Source: Macrostomum lignano (lineage: Eukaryota). Taken from it: 64,000 nucleotides of DNA. Positions 59,365 to 64,000 of the stretch are shown piece by piece. How positions within the stretch are numbered: the stretch's first letter is position 1; each line of letters opens with the position of its first letter. The stretch is from the NCBI GenBank assembly GCA_002269645.1, contig NIVC01000990.1, forward strand, positions 62,001 through 126,000, in the 5' to 3' direction. A program made the position numbers and the translations under genes. The notes under the pieces are model-generated. The model was not told where the DNA came from and did no database searches. It saw only the letters and a list, made by a program, of their open reading frames with translations.

Positions 59365-60710
59365 TGTACAACGATAACTTATAGTAGTGCTTGGGTAGAA
59401 TATCAAAAGATAATAGTTGAAGATTCCAGAATCTTCCGAATATTCTATACATTATAACTTGTAACTGAAATATATACATGTAATAGTAGTTTGTGACGCG
59501 TTAAATAATGCTTAGAAAGGCGAAGTTATTTTATGTATGTATTAATTTTACTTTTTAATGGCATACAAGCTGTTGAAACCCGCGGATTTTGAACCCGGGG
59601 AACTCCATTTCCCGGAATTATTAACTTTTGTCATTTAACTTTAACTTCAGAAAAAAATTAACGATTTTTGTTAACTAGTTAATACATAAAAAATTTAACG
59701 AAAATTTAACGATTTTTTAAAAAATTTAACTAGTTAATTAACTAGTTAAACAATTAACTAGTTAACGCCCAGCACTGATTTTAAGTATATTGGAATGGAA
59801 GTTCTTATAAATATTAATTAGTGAAGAGTAAACATGAGAATTGACATACAATATATGATGATTAAGTCAAACTAAGTCTAAGTCTGGTCATACATGTTTG
59901 GTCATAGCTCAAGTCATAGTCAAAGGCCTGTTAGAGCAGAGCTAGACTAGGCTACGCTAGACTGAATTGTGCTAAGAGGGGGGCTACACAACACTGTAGA
60001 TAACAACACTTTACTCTACTACACAACATCCATAGTACACACTACAAGTCTACGATCCGGTCAGCCGCAGAGTCAAGTGAGGTGGGGGCGGAGAAAAGAA
60101 AATAAAACTTGAGCTTTTGAAAATCGGCCGGGCTGCTGACACGAAACTAAAGAAGCGCTTATAATTTTAATTACTATGCGAGTAAGAGTAAGAGAATTTG
60201 GCTCAGGCAATTAGCCTGTTTGGCCAATATATTATAGAGCTATGTATTTGGAAAAGTTTTCGAAATAGAAGTTTATAAAGACGATTTGCCGCGATCGTTA
60301 GTAGTAGTAAGAGTTAGAGTTATTGTAAAAGATAAAGTATTTGAAAGCGCGCCAGAATTTTTACGGTATTTTTGGACGAAAAGTGACGACTAACAACTAA
60401 CAACGAGTATAAATATTAATACAAAAATGAGTACAAATTACGAGGTATAGCTTTAATTGCGAGATTACTTTGGTAAGCGAGTTTGTAAAAAAAGATGTAG
60501 TATTTTTGAAAGCGCGTGATATTTCAAAGCGTGAAAAAACGAACATAAACAACTTCGAAAGAACTTTACGTTTAACGAATAACGACGATTTAAATAGGGA
60601 ATTAAAAAAGACAGTTAATGAATAAACAACTGAAAAGCGGATTTGTTACACTGCTAATGTATCTGATTCAGTTTGTTTAACTGTTTTAGCTATTCATGAC
60701 TTCATATATT

Positions 60711-62897
60711 TTAGCTACACTCAGTGAGTTCTTTTCTGACTCTTTTTTCATTTGTAGCATATCCTATCTTGTGCATTTGATTGCTATTTAAGAGGTATTG
60801 ACAGAAGTATTTTTTCCTGATCTCTTCAGTTTGTGGACATTCGGTCAAGTAGTGTAGAATGTCAGAACCATTTCGCGCTCCACACATTTTACATGGTTCT
60901 TGAGAAAAAAAGTTGGGTGTAATCTCGCATTTCAGTTTTAGGAGGGTTGTTAAGAATTTTTTGTTTCTAAATGTACATGGAAAGTAATCTGAAAGGTCGG
61001 GCTTGCAGATTTTTTTGTAGAGATAGGCGTTTTTGTAGAGTTTAATATGTTGCTGATTCTCTAGCTTTTGGCTAAGTTCTCTTTCTCTGTGTATCTTGAG
61101 GTGCTTTTTCACTAGGTATTTCTCGTTATTAAAGCTTTGGGAAAGTTTATCTTCAGTTAGTGCTTTTAGGTCTATACTTTCTAGTTTCTTTAGTACATTC
61201 ATTTTCCATGGATTTTTTTGGCCGGTGCTTGAGTAGAAAATTTCTAGAGTCGTTTGGCAGAGTTTTTTGTGTCTAATCTTCAGCCAGTAGATGAGGTAGG
61301 TTTTAGCGATTCGTTGAGAGATTGGAGTAAGCTCAAGTTCTGATGATATCACACTGTTGCTAGCAAATTTTGGTAGATTGAGGAGATATTTGTAGAATTT
61401 CAGCTGAATATTATCAATAGCTTTTGTATCAGACATGGTAGCCAGAGGGCCCCAGAGCTCACAACCGTAAGTGATAACGGGGGTAACAAGCGCGTCAAAT
61501 AGTCTGCGAATGAGTGTGATGTCTAGGGACGTATTCTTTACCCTATGGAGTAGGGAAAACATGGCTGCATATCCCTGCTTAGTTTGGTGTTCAATACATT
61601 TTTTAAAGCTGTTTTTTGGTTCAAAAATAATTCCCAGGTATTTAAATTCATTTACTTCTTCTATTTCTTGGTTGTCGTAGTATATTTTTGTAGCAATGCT
61701 ATCTGTGTCGTTTTTTTGTCTGGTATTGCCCTGCATAAACTTTGTTTTGCTTGCGTTTACTTTCAAGTAATTTTGTTTGCAGTAATTTTCCATAGTCGTA
61801 AATGTGTCTTGAAGTTCGTCTTTGTTTTTAGCTAGAATGGCTTGATCGTCTGCAAAGAGTAGGATGAGTGGGAAAGCAGATCTCGTAAGAGAGCGCCTAG
61901 CGCTAGAGAGTTCAAGATATTCAACAATGTCGTCAATATATAGTTCAAAAAGAATGGTAGAGAGAGGGTTGCCTTGAAGAACACCTTTAGATATTGAGAT
62001 TGGCTGGGTTTCATCATCATCATCATCATCTTTTTTTAGAATGAAGCAGGCATTTTTATGCATGTTCTTGATAAGTTCCATCATTTGACCTTTAATACCC
62101 TGATTATCCGTTTTGCACCAAAGGGTCGGTTGATTTAAGCTATCGAAGGCTTTTTCATAGTCAACAAATCCAATAAAGAGTTCTTCTTTGTTGTAGATGG
62201 ATTGGTTTATAATGTTGTAAAGATTAAAACATTGGTCGATTGTGCTGTGATTGGGCTTGAAACCGTATTGGTATTTTGATATAAGATTGTTTGCGTATGC
62301 TAGGTTTTCGAGTCTGGATTTAATAATTTGGCAAAAGAGCTTGCCAAGAATTGGTTGAATGCAGATTCCTCTGTAATTGTTGGGGTCGGCACTGCTGCCT
62401 TTGTTTTTATAAATCGGATGAAGTGTATTTGTTATCCAACTAGTTGGGAAGGTTCCTTGTTTGAGTGCTTCGTTGAAAAGTGAGCATAGGAGGTCAGCAA
62501 GTTCGTTCTCGAGGTATTTGAGTGTTTCTACATATACTTTATCGTGCCCAGGTGCTTTGTCGGTTTTGAGCTTTTTGATATGTTTTATAACTTCTTCTTT
62601 GGTGAATGGGGCATTGAAATCCTCTAAATCAGCCAGAATAGGGTTGTCAAGGTGAAGATTGTATGATAGTCTAATGCTGCTGTCTTGTTCAGTTACAAGA
62701 TTTTGAAAGTGTATGACAAATTTTTCATCAATTGTTACTCTGTTGTTTGAGGGATTTGGTGTTTTTAATAAGTTCCAAAGTTGTTTTGTATCGTTTTGAA
62801 TAAAGGCCTGGTTGATCATGTTGTCTGCACAGAGAGTTGTTTCAAATTTCCATGAAGTGAGCTTTTTTTCGTATGCTTTTTGCGAGGTGGGGCAATT
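60711..62897 (-). CDS. non-LTR retrotransposon (LINE) reverse transcriptase ORF, 5'-truncated (no APE domain); clade unresolved (CR1/L2 group or RTE-X like)
   Basis: KAPGHD, QYGFK, FVDYEKAFDS, GVLQG, LFADD, KYLG, and C-terminal CKMC..H...C. The frame is open upstream of ATG 62819 to a TAA at 62898-62900. Confidence 0.93.
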   Translation of the reverse strand, partial: NCPTSQKAYEKKLTSWKFETTLCADNMINQAFIQNDTKQLWNLLKTPNPSNNRVTIDEKFVIHFQNLVTEQDSSIRLSYNLHLDNPILADLEDFNAPFTKEEVIKHIKKLKTDKAPGHDKVYVETLKYLENELADLLCSLFNEALKQGTFPTSWITNTLHPIYKNKGSSADPNNYRGICIQPILGKLFCQIIKSRLENLAYANNLISKYQYGFKPNHSTIDQCFNLYNIINQSIYNKEELFIGFVDYEKAFDSLNQPTLWCKTDNQGIKGQMMELIKNMHKNACFILKKDDDDDDETQPISISKGVLQGNPLSTILFELYIDDIVEYLELSSARRSLTRSAFPLILLFADDQAILAKNKDELQDTFTTMENYCKQNYLKVNASKTKFMQGNTRQKNDTDSIATKIYYDNQEIEEVNEFKYLGIIFEPKNSFKKCIEHQTKQGYAAMFSLLHRVKNTSLDITLIRRLFDALVTPVITYGCELWGPLATMSDTKAIDNIQLKFYKYLLNLPKFASNSVISSELELTPISQRIAKTYLIYWLKIRHKKLCQTTLEIFYSSTGQKNPWKMNVLKKLESIDLKALTEDKLSQSFNNEKYLVKKHLKIHRERELSQKLENQQHIKLYKNAYLYKKICKPDLSDYFPCTFRNKKFLTTLLKLKCEITPNFFSQEPCKMCGARNGSDILHYLTECPQTEEIRKKYFCQYLLNSNQMHKIGYATNEKRVRKELTECS

Positions 62898-63555
62898 TTA
62901 ACTTTTGAATTACCGCCGGCGTTGCGTTCGTACGAATTGAATCCGGAAAATCGCGCCGACGAATCTTAACGAAATTTCTCCTGAATACTCCGGCTGCCGG
63001 GGTCCTCAATTCCGGGGGGGTGGTAGTTCGGTCGTAGGCGGGCGGTCTTCGTTAGGCACGGTCGTTCAGAGACACCGAAAATTAATGTACCTCGTATGCT
63101 TGACTTATTACTATCAGTAGAGTAGCGCTGCCACAACCGTAATTTACGTATTACGGAACGTTGAAGTCTCAGAGATTTCTTTGAGTTGAGAACTTGACTA
63201 TTTTTAAGCACCGTGGGCAAAGAACTCAATAAAGGTTAATTTTTCAAGATAATTAATAAGCGATTAAGTATCGTTCAACGTTTATTAAACCACAAAAGAA
63301 CTAAGGAATATAGTTATGCTAGCAAGGTAACTTATTAAGATCGGCGACCTGACAAATAGATGAGAGCCGGCAGTGCCGCGAGCGCGCTTATAACAGTTAA
63401 CTAAGTTTAAGCACAAACGACTGGTCTCAAATTGAGCTAAATTGATTCAGAAGTTAACGGTTAAATTGCAGCAGGGGATGACGAGAGGGAAGGGAGGGAA
63501 AACCAAAAAGAAAAGGAGAAGGAGGCATGAAAACAAACGGCACCCGGGAACATCA

Positions 63556-64000
63556 TTAACAACAACAACAAGTTACGCCCCAGGGTCGATGTTGGGCGTC
63601 ACAGGTCGCGCCTCAGAGCACGGGAGCGGAGAAAGGCCGGTCCACCGGCCTGGTCGGGGGCGCCAGCATCGGCCAGCAGGCAGTCCGGATACCGCCGAGT
63701 GCGCGCCTGCCCCCGCCGGAAGGGCGCCGGGAGCGCAAGCAGCAGCGTCTCCTGCGCCGGCTCGGGGCAGTACGCCTCAGCGCGGATGAGGTGGCCTGCC
63801 AGCTGGAGCCGCCGACGGCGGAGCAGATCGCTGGGGCGGGCCAGGCGAGCTTGGGCGTACAGCGCCGCGTTGGTGACATGCTCTCCGCCGCCGATCTTGA
63901 AGGCAGCGCGCAGCAGGCCGGCGTGCGCCGCGTCGACCTGTCACTCGAGCGTCTCACCGCCTGGAACAACGCCGAGCGCTGGCGGTCTGGCAGGGCCGCA
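63556..64000 (-). mobile_element. 3' end of an RTE-type LINE with an internal deletion and (TTG)n tail
   Basis: VDAAHAGLLRAAF..HVTNAALY..RRRRLQLAGHLIR..RRGQ..YPD is the RTE post-RT region. The upstream LFQAV frame is joined out of frame. Confidence 0.85.

Larger units (their letters stand above)
58167..59777. mobile_element. non-autonomous hAT-type element (1611 bp) with nested insertions
   Basis: TIRs CAGTGCTGGGC..GTTAA / TTAAC.GCCCAGCACTG. 8-bp TSD ATTTTAAG at 58159-58166 and 59778-59785. Subterminal TTAAC repeats. Confidence 0.93.

Overview
Repeat-rich, intron-containing metazoan genomic DNA. A flatworm such as Macrostomum is my inference from the GC-rich exons, (ACAG)n tracts, minisatellite-filled introns and the RTE 3' end; it is not verified. 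Two complete spliced genes could be assembled by hand with consistent GT-AG sites and phases, and they converge tail to tail: a 5-exon DEG/ENaC channel on + (2964-9114, 592 aa) and a 5-exon HR96/NR1J-type nuclear receptor on - (22465-12733, about 655 aa, P-box ESCKA). Several further - strand exons at 35.6-31.4 kb belong to an unidentified gene or to a long receptor isoform. Mobile elements: a young full-length Ty3/Gypsy LTR element (47313-52335), a 5'-truncated LINE RT ORF, an RTE 3' end, two tRNA/CORE SINEs, two hAT-type elements with 8-bp TSDs, a MULE-like MITE, and hAT and Tc1/IS630 transposase remnants. There are more than 20 tandem arrays. The most unusual signal is a pair of diverged cassettes at 54.8 and 56.4 kb. 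In each, about 64 nt of the 28S rRNA H69-H71 region (the R2/I-PpoI target) lies antisense inside a 128-129 nt GT-AG intron-like unit followed by a 14-nt micro-exon, and the divergence from 28S is concentrated at the endonuclease cut site.
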